Source: Betaproteobacteria bacterium (lineage in GTDB: Bacteria; Pseudomonadota; Gammaproteobacteria; Burkholderiales; Ga0077523). Taken from it: a DNA stretch of 64,000 bases. Where the stretch lies: NCBI GenBank assembly GCA_016125475.1, contig WGLR01000005.1, positions 11,859-75,858 on the forward strand, given 5' to 3'. The translations under genes were made by a program, and so were the position numbers. Shown piece by piece: positions 24,968 to 39,200 of this stretch. Below the pieces are notes generated by a model. It saw only the letters and a list, made by a program, of their open reading frames with translations, was not told the origin of the DNA and did no database searches. Each line of letters starts with the position of its first letter. Positions within the stretch are counted from its first letter, which is position 1.

Positions 24968-26911
24968 ATGAAGACGGATGCGTGTCCGGTGATCGGGCAC
25001 AGTCTGATGACGGATGACGATGTCTACCTCCTGCGCGAGGGAACGCACTGCCGGCTCCACGAGGTGCTCGGCGCGCACCCCGTCCGGCTGCACGGTCGGG
25101 CAGGATGCCAGTTCGCGGTCTGGGCTCCCAACGCCGACAACGTGTCCGTCATGGGCGATTTCAACGGCTGGGATCGTGCTTCGCACCCGCTCCGCTGTCG
25201 CAGCGACGGGTCGGGAGTGTGGGAAGGTTTCGTCCCGGACTGCCCCGCAGGGACCCGTTACAAGTACCGGATCGAGTCCGGCCTCAACGGTTACGCGAGC
25301 GAGCGGGCCGATCCGTTCGCGTTCTACGCGGAAGAGCCTCCCGGGACGGCCTCACGCGTGCGGGCCCTGTCGTACGAGTGGGGCGATGCGGACTGGATGG
25401 CGAACCGGCATGCGGCCAACGCGCTCGATGCGCCGTTTTCCGCCTACGAAGTGCATCCCGGATCGTGGCGGCGCGTGGCCGAGAGCGGGGGGCGCTCGCT
25501 GTCCTACCGCGAGCTCGCCGACCAGCTCGTCGCGCACGTCACGCAACTCGGATTCACGCACGTCGAGTTCCTGCCGGTCATGGAGCACCCGTTCTTCGGG
25601 TCGTGGGGCTACCAGACGACCGGATACTTCGCGCCGACCGCCCGCTACGGACCTCCCGAGGACTTCATGTTCCTCGTCGACCGACTGCACCAGGCAGGCA
25701 TCGGGGTGATCCTCGACTGGGTGCCGTCCCACTTCCCGACGGACGGCCACGCGCTCGCCTACTTCGACGGCACGCACCTCTACGAGCACGCAGACCCGCG
25801 GCAGGGATTCCACCCCGACTGGAACAGTGCGATCTTCAATTACGGTCGCAACGAGGTCCGCGCGTTCCTGCTCTCGAGTGCGCTGTTCTGGCTGGACCGC
25901 TATCACGCGGACGGCCTTCGCGTCGACGCGGTCGCGTCCATGCTCTACCTCGACTACGGGCGGCGCGACGGGGAGTGGATCCCGAACCGCTTCGGCGGCA
26001 GGGAGAACCTGGAGGCGATGGAGTTCCTGAGGCAGCTCAACGAAGCCGTCTATCGCGCCCATCCCGACACGCAGACGATCGCCGAGGAATCGACCGCGTG
26101 GCCGATGGTGTCCCGGCCCGCCTACGCCGGCGGGCTCGGGTTCGGCATGAAGTGGAACATGGGCTGGATGCACGACACGCTCGACTACTTCTCCCGGGAT
26201 CCCCTGTTCCGCAAGTTCCACCACGGCGAGATCACGTTCAGTCTCTGGTACGCGTTCTCCGAGAACTTCCTGCTGCCCCTGTCGCACGACGAGGTCGTGC
26301 ACGGCAAGGGCTCGCTGATCGGCAGGATGCCGGGGGACGAGTGGCAGCAGTTCGCGAACCTCCGGCTGCTCTACGGCTACATGTGGGCACACCCGGGGAA
26401 GAAGCTGCTCTTCATGGGCGGAGAGTTCGGACAGCGGCGGGAATGGCAGCACGACGAGGAACTCGAGTGGTTCGTGCTTCGCTATCCGCTGCACGACGGC
26501 TTGCAGCGGTGGATGGGTGACCTGAACCACTTCTACCGGGAGGAAGACGCCCTGCACGCGGCCGATTTCTCGCCCGAAGGCTTTGCGTGGATCGACTGCA
26601 ACGACGCCGAGGCCAGCGTCCTGAGCTTCCTGCGCCGCAGCGATGACTCCGGCAGGACCGTGCTCGTCGTCTGCAACGCCACGCCGGTTCCCCGCGAGAA
26701 CTATCGCGTCGGCGTCCCCGTCGGCGGGCTCTGGCGCGAGAGACTCAACAGCGACGCCGCCATCTACGGGGGCAGCGGACTCGGCAACTTCGGTCAGGTC
26801 GAGGCGGCGCCCGTCGCCGCCCACGGACACTTCCATTCACTGAGCCTCACGTTACCGCCGCTGTCCGTGCTGTACCTCTCGCCGGACGACGGACAGGAGG
26901 CCCCCTCATGA
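24968..26911 (+). CDS. glgB: 1,4-alpha-glucan branching enzyme
   Basis: 647 aa from the ATG at 24968 (AGGAG 9 nt upstream). GH13 blocks [37 protein letters not shown]. Confidence 0.9.
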   Translation: MKTDACPVIGHSLMTDDDVYLLREGTHCRLHEVLGAHPVRLHGRAGCQFAVWAPNADNVSVMGDFNGWDRASHPLRCRSDGSGVWEGFVPDCPAGTRYKYRIESGLNGYASERADPFAFYAEEPPGTASRVRALSYEWGDADWMANRHAANALDAPFSAYEVHPGSWRRVAESGGRSLSYRELADQLVAHVTQLGFTHVEFLPVMEHPFFGSWGYQTTGYFAPTARYGPPEDFMFLVDRLHQAGIGVILDWVPSHFPTDGHALAYFDGTHLYEHADPRQGFHPDWNSAIFNYGRNEVRAFLLSSALFWLDRYHADGLRVDAVASMLYLDYGRRDGEWIPNRFGGRENLEAMEFLRQLNEAVYRAHPDTQTIAEESTAWPMVSRPAYAGGLGFGMKWNMGWMHDTLDYFSRDPLFRKFHHGEITFSLWYAFSENFLLPLSHDEVVHGKGSLIGRMPGDEWQQFANLRLLYGYMWAHPGKKLLFMGGEFGQRREWQHDEELEWFVLRYPLHDGLQRWMGDLNHFYREEDALHAADFSPEGFAWIDCNDAEASVLSFLRRSDDSGRTVLVVCNATPVPRENYRVGVPVGGLWRERLNSDAAIYGGSGLGNFGQVEAAPVAAHGHFHSLSLTLPPLSVLYLSPDDGQEAPS

Positions 26912-28902
26912 ACGCGCCGACGATCGAGGGACGTGCGCGGGTCGTGATCGAGGGCCTGCGACCGGAGGTCGACGGCGGCCGCTTTCCGATCAAGCGCACC
27001 GTCGGCGAGACCGTTCGCGTCGAGGTCGACGCGTTCACGGACGGACACGATGCGGTGCGCTGCATGCTGCTCCACCGTCGCGCCGGCGACGACGTCTGGG
27101 AGCGCGTGCCGATGCGCGCGCTGGGCAACGACCGGTGGCGCGGCGAGTTCGCGGTGGGAGCACCCGGGCGGCACGAGTACACCGTGAACGCGTGGATCGA
27201 CCCGTTCGAGACATGGCGTCACGATCTCGCGCGGCGGGAGGACCCCGCGGACGTCCAGCTGGCACTGCGGATCGGTGAGGCGCTCGTCGCCGACGCCGCC
27301 CGCGCCGCGCCCGCTGAAGTCGCCACCCGCCTGAAGGCGCTCGCGGATGCCATCAGCGGGGCTTCGGACTGGCGCGAGGGCAGGAAGGCGGGCACCGACG
27401 AGGCGCTCGCCGCCCTCATGCGCGAGCACGCGGAACCGCGTTTCGTGTCCCGCTACGACCACGTCCTGACGGTCGTCGTCGAACCCGAACGCGCGCGCTT
27501 CTCGTCGTGGTACGAATTCTTCCCGCGATCGGCGGGCGAACCCGACGCCACGCACGGCACGTTCGCCGACTGCGAGCGACGTCTGCCCGAAGTGGCCGCG
27601 ATGGGATTCGACGTGGTCTACCTCCCGCCGATCCATCCGATCGGCACGCTCTTTCGCAAGGGGCCGAACAACACGCTTACGGCCGGGCCGGAAGATCCGG
27701 GCAGTCCGTGGGCCATAGGTTCCGCCGGCGGAGGGCACAAGGCCGTCCACCCGGCGCTCGGAACGATCGACGACTTCCGGCGTCTGGTCGAACGCGCGCG
27801 ATCACTCGGAATCGACATCGCGCTCGACATCGCCTTCCAGTGCGCACCCGATCATCCGTACGTCGAATCGCACCCGGAGTGGTTCCGCTGGCGCCCCGAC
27901 GGAACCGTGCAGTACGCGGAGAACCCGCCGAAGAAGTATCAGGACATCTACCCGTTCGAGTTCGAGTGCGACGAGTGGCGCGCACTCTGGGCGGAGCTGC
28001 TGTCCGTGGTGGAATTCTGGGTGGATCAGGGCGTGCGCGTCTTCCGCGTCGACAACCCGCACACCAAGCCGTTCGCGCTCTGGGAATGGCTGATCGCACA
28101 GGTCAAGGCCAGGACGCCCGACACCATCTTCCTGTCGGAGGCGTTCACGCGTCCGAGGCTCATGCACCGACTCGCGAAGGCGGGGTTCAGCCAGTCCTAC
28201 ACCTACTTCGCGTGGCGCAACACCCGGACGGAACTCACCGAGTACTTCACGGAACTCGCGCAGGCGGCCTCCCGCGAGTACTTCCGGCCCAACCTCTGGC
28301 CGAACACGCCCGACATCCTGCCCGAGTTCCTCCAGTTCGGCGGCCGTCCGGCGTTCCAGCTGCGCGTGGCGCTCGCCGCGACGCTCGGCGCGTCTTACGG
28401 CATCTACGGCCCCGCCTTCGAGCTCATGGAGCACGAAGCCCGCGAACCCGGCAGCGAGGAGTACCTCGACTCCGAGAAATACGAGATCCGCCGCTGGGAC
28501 CGCGGGCGTCCGGACAGTCTGCGCGACTACATCGCGCGCCTGAACCGGATACGCCGCGACAACCCGGCCCTGCACGGCGACTGGAGCCTGAGGTTCCACG
28601 CCGTCGACAACGAGCGCCTGCTCTGCTTCAGCAAGGCCGCCGAGGACGACGACAACACGCTGGTCGTCGTCGCGAACCTCGATCCGCACCACGTGCAGTC
28701 CGGATGGGTCGAGCTGCCGCTCGAGGAATTCGGCATCGCCGCGGATCAGCCGTTCCAGGCCCACGATCTCCTGTCCGGCAGCCGCTTCCTCTGGCAGGGT
28801 GCGCGCAACTTCGTCCAGCTCGATCCCGCCGCCTCGCCGGTGCACATCTTCCGTGTACGACGCCGCCTGCGGACCGAGCGCGATTTCGACTATTTTCTCT
28901 AG
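26908..28902 (+). CDS. glgE: alpha-1,4-glucan:maltose-1-phosphate maltosyltransferase
   Basis: 664 aa. N-terminal GlgE-specific domain ([35 protein letters not shown]), followed by GH13_3 blocks [10 protein letters not shown] and FLSEAFTRP. Start overlaps the glgB stop (ATGA). Confidence 0.9.
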   Translation: MNAPTIEGRARVVIEGLRPEVDGGRFPIKRTVGETVRVEVDAFTDGHDAVRCMLLHRRAGDDVWERVPMRALGNDRWRGEFAVGAPGRHEYTVNAWIDPFETWRHDLARREDPADVQLALRIGEALVADAARAAPAEVATRLKALADAISGASDWREGRKAGTDEALAALMREHAEPRFVSRYDHVLTVVVEPERARFSSWYEFFPRSAGEPDATHGTFADCERRLPEVAAMGFDVVYLPPIHPIGTLFRKGPNNTLTAGPEDPGSPWAIGSAGGGHKAVHPALGTIDDFRRLVERARSLGIDIALDIAFQCAPDHPYVESHPEWFRWRPDGTVQYAENPPKKYQDIYPFEFECDEWRALWAELLSVVEFWVDQGVRVFRVDNPHTKPFALWEWLIAQVKARTPDTIFLSEAFTRPRLMHRLAKAGFSQSYTYFAWRNTRTELTEYFTELAQAASREYFRPNLWPNTPDILPEFLQFGGRPAFQLRVALAATLGASYGIYGPAFELMEHEAREPGSEEYLDSEKYEIRRWDRGRPDSLRDYIARLNRIRRDNPALHGDWSLRFHAVDNERLLCFSKAAEDDDNTLVVVANLDPHHVQSGWVELPLEEFGIAADQPFQAHDLLSGSRFLWQGARNFVQLDPAASPVHIFRVRRRLRTERDFDYFL

Positions 28903-28914
28903 AGCGAGCACGCG

Positions 28915-32264
<3,350 letters not shown>

Positions 32265-32268
<4 letters not shown>

Positions 32269-34421
32269 CCGGAACGCCTGATGTGAAGATCCCGATCACG
32301 ACGGTCTGGCCAGGGGCTCCGTACCCGCGCGGAGCGACCTGGGACGGCGAGGGCGTGAATTTCGCGCTCTACTCGAGGAATGCGGTGCGGGTGGACCTCT
32401 GCCTGTTCGACGCGACCGGACGGCGTGAGGTCCGGCGCGTCACGATGCCCGAGCAGACCGACGAGATCTGGCACGCCTACCTGCCCGAGGCGCGGCCCGG
32501 CCTTCTCTACGGCTATCGCGTGCACGGCCCCTACGCCCCCGCGAAGGGACACCGCTTCAACGCCCACAAGCTGCTGCTCGAGCCCTACGCGAGAGACATC
32601 GTCGGCCCGCTCCGCTGGAGCGACGCGCACTTCGCCTACCGCATCGGGCACCGCAACGAGGATCTGTCGTTCGATCGCCGGGACAGCGCGGCCGGCATGC
32701 CGAAGGCCCGCGTCATCGACACGGCGTTCACGTGGGGCGAGGACCGCCCGCCGCGGGTGCCCTGGGCGGACATGGTCGTCTACGAACTGCACGTGCGCGG
32801 GTTCACGATGAACCATCCCGAGGTGCCGCCCCCGCTGCGGGGGACCTACGCGGGGCTCGCGACGGCGCCCGTGATCGAATACCTGCGACGGCTCGGGATC
32901 ACCACCGTCGAACTGATGCCCGTGCACGCGTTCGTCGACGACCGGCATCTCGTGCAGCGGGGCCTGCGCAACTACTGGGGCTACAACTCCATCGGATTCT
33001 TCGCGCCCGACCAGCGCTACAGCAGCGGCGGCGACCCGGTCAGCGAATTCAAGACGATGGTGAAGACGCTGCACTCGGCGGGCATCGAGGTGATCCTCGA
33101 TGTCGTGTACAACCACACGGCAGAGGGCAATCACCTCGGCCCGACGCTCTCGTTTCGCGGCATCGACAACCTCAGCTACTACCGCACCGTGGCGGACGAT
33201 CCGCGCTACTACATGGACTACACGGGGTGTGGCAACACCCTCAATCTCCAGCATCCGCGGGTCCTGCAGCTCATCATGGATTCCCTGCGGTACTGGGTGC
33301 TCGAGATGCACGTGGACGGCTTCCGCTTCGATCTCGCGTCCGCGCTCGCGCGGGAGCTGCACGCTGTCGACCGGCTCGGTGCGTTCTTCGACATCCTCGG
33401 TCAGGATCCCGTCCTCTCGCGCGTCAAGCTCATCGCGGAACCCTGGGACCTCGGCGAGGGCGGCTACCAGGTCGGCAACTTCCCGGTGGGGTGGGCGGAG
33501 TGGAACGACCGCTACCGGGACACGCTCCGGGCGTACTGGAAGGGCGATGGCGGCCTCGTGGGCGAGTTCGCACGCCGGATCACCGGGTCGAGCGACCTCT
33601 ACGAGCACAGTGGGCGCAAGCCTTACGCGAGCGTCAACTTCGTGACCGCGCACGACGGCTTCACGCTGGAAGACCTCGTGAGCTACAACCACAAGCACAA
33701 CGACGCGAACGGAGAGTCGAACCTCGACGGCGCCGACGAGAACCGGTCGTGGAACTGCGGCGTCGAGGGGGCCACCGAAGACCCCGAAATCCTCGCCCTT
33801 CGCGCGCGACAGAAGCGCAATCTCCTCGCGACACTCCTCCTCTCGCAGGGGGTGCCGATGCTGACTGCCGGAGACGAGTTCGGACGCACGCAGGGAGGGA
33901 ACAACAACGCCTACTGTCAGGACAACGACACGAGCTGGGTGGACTGGAACACGGGCGAGTCCGGCCGCAGGTTCCTGCGCTTCGTGCGCCGCGTGCTGGC
34001 GATGCGGCGTGATCACCCGGTGTTCCGGCGGCGCCATTTCTTCCAGGGGCGTTCGATCCGTGGCGGCGACGTGAAGGACATCCTGTGGCTCGTTCCGGAG
34101 GGCCGTGAGATCAGCGACGCGGAGTGGAGTCACGACTTCGCGCGCTGCCTCGGCATGTACCTGTCCGGGGAGTCGATGACCGAGCGCGACGCCCGCGGAC
34201 ACCCGATCCGGGACGAGAGCTTCCTGCTCCTGTTCAATGCCCATCACGAACCGGTGCCGTTCCGCCTGCCGGCGTTCGGCGGCGACACGTGGTGGGATCT
34301 GCGGCTCGACACCCATTACGAGATCGGGCCGCCGCCTGCCGGGCCACTGCGCGGTGGTGACGACTATCCGCTGCAGGCCCGTTCCATGGTGGTGCTCGGC
34401 GAGCGTCGGGAGCGCGCGTGA
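32265..34421 (+). CDS. glgX: glycogen debranching enzyme
   Basis: About 718 aa. [45 protein letters not shown], and [11 protein letters not shown]. Proposed GTG start overlaps the treS stop (GTGA). The ATG at 32214 is an alternative. Confidence 0.88.
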
Positions 34422-36253
34422 CGCGTCGTCGTCACGACATGCCGTTCGGAACCGAGATCCTGGTTCCGGGTGTCCGCTTCCGCCTCTGGGCGCCGGGTGC
34501 GCGCAACGTGGCGCTCGGCCTCGGGTCGGACCCGCTCCGCCCCATGAAGGCGGGCGGAGACGGCTGGTTCCACTGCGACGTTCGCGAGGCGCGGGAAGGA
34601 CAGCGCTATCGCTTCCGCATCGACGGCGGGCTCGACGTTCCGGACCCCGCCTCCCGGTTCAATCCCGACGACGTCCACGGACCCAGCGAGATCGTGGACC
34701 CCCTCGCATTCGGGTGGACCGACGACGACTGGCGCGGACGACCGTGGCCGGAGGCCGTGCTCTACGAACTGCACGTGGGGACCTTCTCGCCGGCAGGAAC
34801 CTTCGCGGGCGTGGAAGCGCGTCTCGACCACCTCGTACGGCTCGGCGTGACCGCGATCGAACTCATGCCCGTCGCGGATTTCCCGGGGCGGCGCAACTGG
34901 GGCTACGACGGCGTCCTGCCGTTCGCGCCCGACGCCAGCTACGGCCGGCCCGAAGATCTGAAGCGGCTCGTCCAGGCCGCGCACGCGCGCGGCCTCATGG
35001 TGATCCTCGACGTCGTCTACAACCACTTCGGGCCGGAGGGCAACTACCTGCACGCGTACGCGCCCGCGTTCTTCAATCCGGAACACGAGACGCCCTGGGG
35101 AGCGGCGATCAACTTCGATGCGCGGGGCAGCGAAGTCGTGCGGCGTTTCGTGATCGACAACGCCCTCCACTGGCTGGAGGAATATCACTTCGACGGCCTG
35201 CGCCTCGACGCGGTCCACGCCTTCCGCGACGATTCGACGCCCGACATCGTGGAGGCCCTCACGACGGCTGTCCGCACCGGGCCGGGGCGTGATCGGCACG
35301 TGCACCTGATTCTCGAGAACGATCGCAACCAGAGCCGGTACCTGCGGCGCGACGCCTCCGGACACCCGCGTCATGCGACGGCACAGTGGAACGACGACGT
35401 GCATCACGCGTGTCACGTGATCGCGACCGGCGAGACGGACGGCTACTACGCCGACTACGCGGCCGACCCCGTCGCGCAGCTCGCGCGCTGTCTCGCCGAA
35501 GGCTTCGCCTACCAGGGAGAAGCCTCCGTGTTCCGCGGCGGCGAGCTTCGCGGCGAGCCGAGCGCAGACCTGACACCCCTTGCTTTCGTGAACTTCCTGC
35601 AGACGCACGACCAGGTCGGCAACCGTGCGTTCGGCGAACGGCTGTGTCGGCTCGCACGGCCCGAGGCGCTCGACGTGCTGACCGCGACCGTGCTGCTCGC
35701 ACCCGGGGTGCCCATGCTCTTCATGGGCGAGGAGTTCGCGGCGGCGACCCCGTTCCTGTTCTTCTGCGATTTCGGTCACGATCTGGCCGACGCCGTACGC
35801 GAGGGTCGCCGACGCGAGTTCGCGCGGTTCACGCGTTTTGCGGATCCCGCGTCCCGGGAATCCATTCCCGACCCGAATCTCGCAGCGACCTTCGAGACCA
35901 GCCGGCTCGACTGGTCGTGTCTCGAACACGAACCGCACCGGACCTGGCTCGCGCGTCACGCGTCGCTCCTCGCGACCCGCGCACGCTGGCTCGTGCCGCG
36001 ACTCGCAGCCGTGACCGGCGGTCACGGGTGCTGGCAGCGCGAGGGAAGACACGGGATGCGGGTGACCTGGACGCTCGGTGACGGCAGCCGGCTCACGCAC
36101 CTCGCCAATCTCGGGGACTCGCCGCTGTCCGTCGCGCCGCCACCGGCTGCCGGGAGGACGCTGCACGCCGTGCGCGTCGACGATGACGCGATCGTGGCGG
36201 GTCGACTGCCCCCCTGGTCCCTGGCAGTGCGCCTCGACGAAGGCGACGCGTGA
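34418..36253 (+). CDS. treZ: malto-oligosyltrehalose trehalohydrolase
   Basis: About 611 aa. [49 protein letters not shown]. The GTG at 34418 overlaps the glgX stop. The ATG at 34439 is an alternative. Confidence 0.88.
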   Translation: MTRRRHDMPFGTEILVPGVRFRLWAPGARNVALGLGSDPLRPMKAGGDGWFHCDVREAREGQRYRFRIDGGLDVPDPASRFNPDDVHGPSEIVDPLAFGWTDDDWRGRPWPEAVLYELHVGTFSPAGTFAGVEARLDHLVRLGVTAIELMPVADFPGRRNWGYDGVLPFAPDASYGRPEDLKRLVQAAHARGLMVILDVVYNHFGPEGNYLHAYAPAFFNPEHETPWGAAINFDARGSEVVRRFVIDNALHWLEEYHFDGLRLDAVHAFRDDSTPDIVEALTTAVRTGPGRDRHVHLILENDRNQSRYLRRDASGHPRHATAQWNDDVHHACHVIATGETDGYYADYAADPVAQLARCLAEGFAYQGEASVFRGGELRGEPSADLTPLAFVNFLQTHDQVGNRAFGERLCRLARPEALDVLTATVLLAPGVPMLFMGEEFAAATPFLFFCDFGHDLADAVREGRRREFARFTRFADPASRESIPDPNLAATFETSRLDWSCLEHEPHRTWLARHASLLATRARWLVPRLAAVTGGHGCWQREGRHGMRVTWTLGDGSRLTHLANLGDSPLSVAPPPAAGRTLHAVRVDDDAIVAGRLPPWSLAVRLDEGDA

Positions 36254-39200
36254 TGGACGCGGCGCTCGCGCATCTGGCCGACGCGTGCGGCATCGAACTG
36301 CAGTACGCGGACATCTGGGGCAACCGCCACGACGTTCCGGAAACCACCGTTCGTGCGCTGCTCGCCGCGATGCACGTGGAGGTTGCGGCCGACGCCCGCG
36401 TCGCCACGGATGATCTGCTGCGCCGTGAGTGGCAGGGCTGGCTGCCGCCCGTCACCGTAGTGCGTGCGGACGCGGGGCCCGTGGTGGTCGCGTTGACGGT
36501 GGCGGCGACTCGGCTCGGACAGCCCCTGCGCTGGACGCTCTCCACCGAGGACGACCGCACGTGGAGCGGAACGGTCGTGCCCGGAGAACTGCCTCGGCTC
36601 GGCGAGCAGGTCATCGACGGCGTCACGCGTTCGCGCCGCGCGCTCGAACTGCCGGTCAGCCCCGGGCCCGGCTACCACGGTCTCGACATCGAGGACCCCG
36701 CCGGGGACGTGGGCGCGGGCTGCCACATGCGCCTCGTCGTGGCACCCGCGCGCGGGTACGAGCCCGAGGCACTCGCGGACGGAGGGCGGGTCTGGGGCCT
36801 CGCGACCCAGCTGTATGCCCTGCGATCGCGCCGGAACTGGGGAATCGGCGACTTCACGGACCTGAAGACGGTCGTCGAGTTCGCCGCGGATGCGGGGGCC
36901 GCGGTCGTCGGCGTGAATCCGCTCCACGCCCTGTTTCCGGAAGACCCGTCGCGCTGCAGTCCCTACAGTCCGTCATCGCGGCTCTTCCTGAACCCGCTCT
37001 ACATCGACGTCACGCGTGTGCCGGAAATCCGGGACGAGCCGGCGGGCCGCGCACTCCTCGCGGACGCAGAATTCCAGGACGCGCTCGCCCGTGCGCGTGC
37101 CGGCGAGCTCGTCAACTACGAGGCCGTTGCCGCGGTGAAAAAGCGCGCCCTCGCACTCGGCTGGCAGAGGTTTCGCGACGAGCACCTCGGGCAGGGCACG
37201 GAGCGGGCAAGGGCGTTCGAGCGGTTCCGCGAGGCGGGCGGCGTTTCCCTGCAACGGTTCGCGACCTTCACGGCCCTGCAGGCGACGCTGCACGCGCGTG
37301 ACCGTGCGTGCTGGGGCTGGCCCGCCTGGCCCGAGGATCATCGCGACCCGGACGGACCGGTGATCGGCGAATTCGTGCAGCGCCACGGCGAGGAGATCCG
37401 ATACCAGGAATGGCTCCAGTGGCTCGCGGACGCGCAGCTCGCGGAAGCCGGTCAGGCCTCGTACGCGCGCGGGCTCGGCATCGGCATCTATCAGGACATG
37501 GCGCTGGGCGTGAACCCGGGCGGCGCGGAGACCTGGATGTGGCGCGACGCGTTCGCGACCGGTGCCCATGCCGGTGCGCCGCCCGACGACTTCAATCTCG
37601 CCGGCCAGGACTGGGGGCTGCCGCCCTTCGTGCCGCACCGCTTGCGAGAGGCCGCCTACGAGCCGTTCGTCGCGATCCTGCGTGCGAACATGCGCCACGC
37701 CGGAGCGCTGCGTCTGGACCACGTGATGGCCCTGATGCGCCTGTTCTGGGTGCCTGCCGGAGGCGGGCCCGCGCAGGGCGCCTACGTGCGCTATCCGCTC
37801 GACGACATGCTGGGCATTCTCGCGCTCGAGAGCGTCCGCAACCGCTGCCTGGTGATCGGGGAAGACCTCGGCACGGTTCCCGAGGCGCTGCGGCCGAAGC
37901 TTCGCGAGGCGGGACTGCTCTCGTACCGGCCGATGCAGTTCGAGCGACGGGAAGACGGTGGCTTCGCCCCGCCGGCCGCCTATCCGGGCCAGGCTCTCGT
38001 GTGTCTGGGGACGCACGACCTCCCGACCCTGCGCGGATTCTGGTCGGGGCACGACATCGACACGCGCGGGCGCCTCGGCCTGTATCCATCGGCGGATGCG
38101 CAGGAGCGCGCCGTCGTCGCGCGCGCCGAGGACCGTGCCCGCCTCCTGCTCGCGCTGCAGCGGGAAGATCTCCTGCCCGGGAACTGTCCCGTGCATCCGG
38201 TCGCCGTTCCGGAAGTGACGGCACCCTTGTCCGTCGCGGTCCACGTCTTTCTCGCGCGTACCCCTGCCAGCGTGATGATGGTGCAGCCGGAGGACGTGTT
38301 CCTCGTGGAGGAACAGACCAATCTGCCCGGAAGCAGCGAGCGACAGTATCCGAACTGGCAGCACAGGCTTCCGGTCGATCTCGAGGGCTGGGCGGACGAC
38401 GCCCGACTCCAGGCGTTCCGGGATGCCCTGGCCACGGAGCGTGGTGCGCGGGCCGAGGCGATGTCGCAGGCCGCTGGCGGCGTTCCGCGCGAGCCGGTCA
38501 TCCCTCGCGCGACGTACCGGCTGCAGTTCAATCGCGACTTCACGCTGCGGGCCGCGACGGCGATCGTTCCGTACCTCGACGCACTCGGGGTGAGCCACGT
38601 CTACGCCTCGCCGCTGCTCAAGGCGCGTCCGGGCAGCCGCCACGGCTACGACATCGTGGACCACAACGCGCTCAACCCCGAGATCGGCTCGGACGAGGAT
38701 CTCGGGGAATTCGTCGCGACGCTGAAGTCCCGTGGCATGGGTGTGATCCTCGACATCGTCCCGAATCACATGGGCGTGATGGGGGCGGACAACGCGTGGT
38801 GGCTCGACGTCCTCGAGCACGGGCAGGCATCCGTGTTCGCGCCGTACTTCGACATCGACTGGCAGCCTCTCAATCCCGAACTGCTCGACAAGGTCCTCGT
38901 ACCCCTGCTCGGAGACCACTACGGGACCGTTCTCCACCGCGGGGAACTCAAGCTCGTCTTCGACACCGCAGGCGGTGAATTCAGCGTGTTCTACTGGGAG
39001 CACCGGCTGCCCGTGGATCCTGCGCAGTATCCCGTGATCGCGGGCCACCGCATCGACCGGCTTGCGGCCGCACTCGGCGCCGAAGAGGGCGATTTCGCGG
39101 AGCTGCAGGGCCTCCTGAGCGCGTTCGGCAATCTGCCCCCCCATCGTTCCGCGGATGCAGAGGCGCGCGACGAGCGTGCCCGCAATGCGGGCGTCTACAA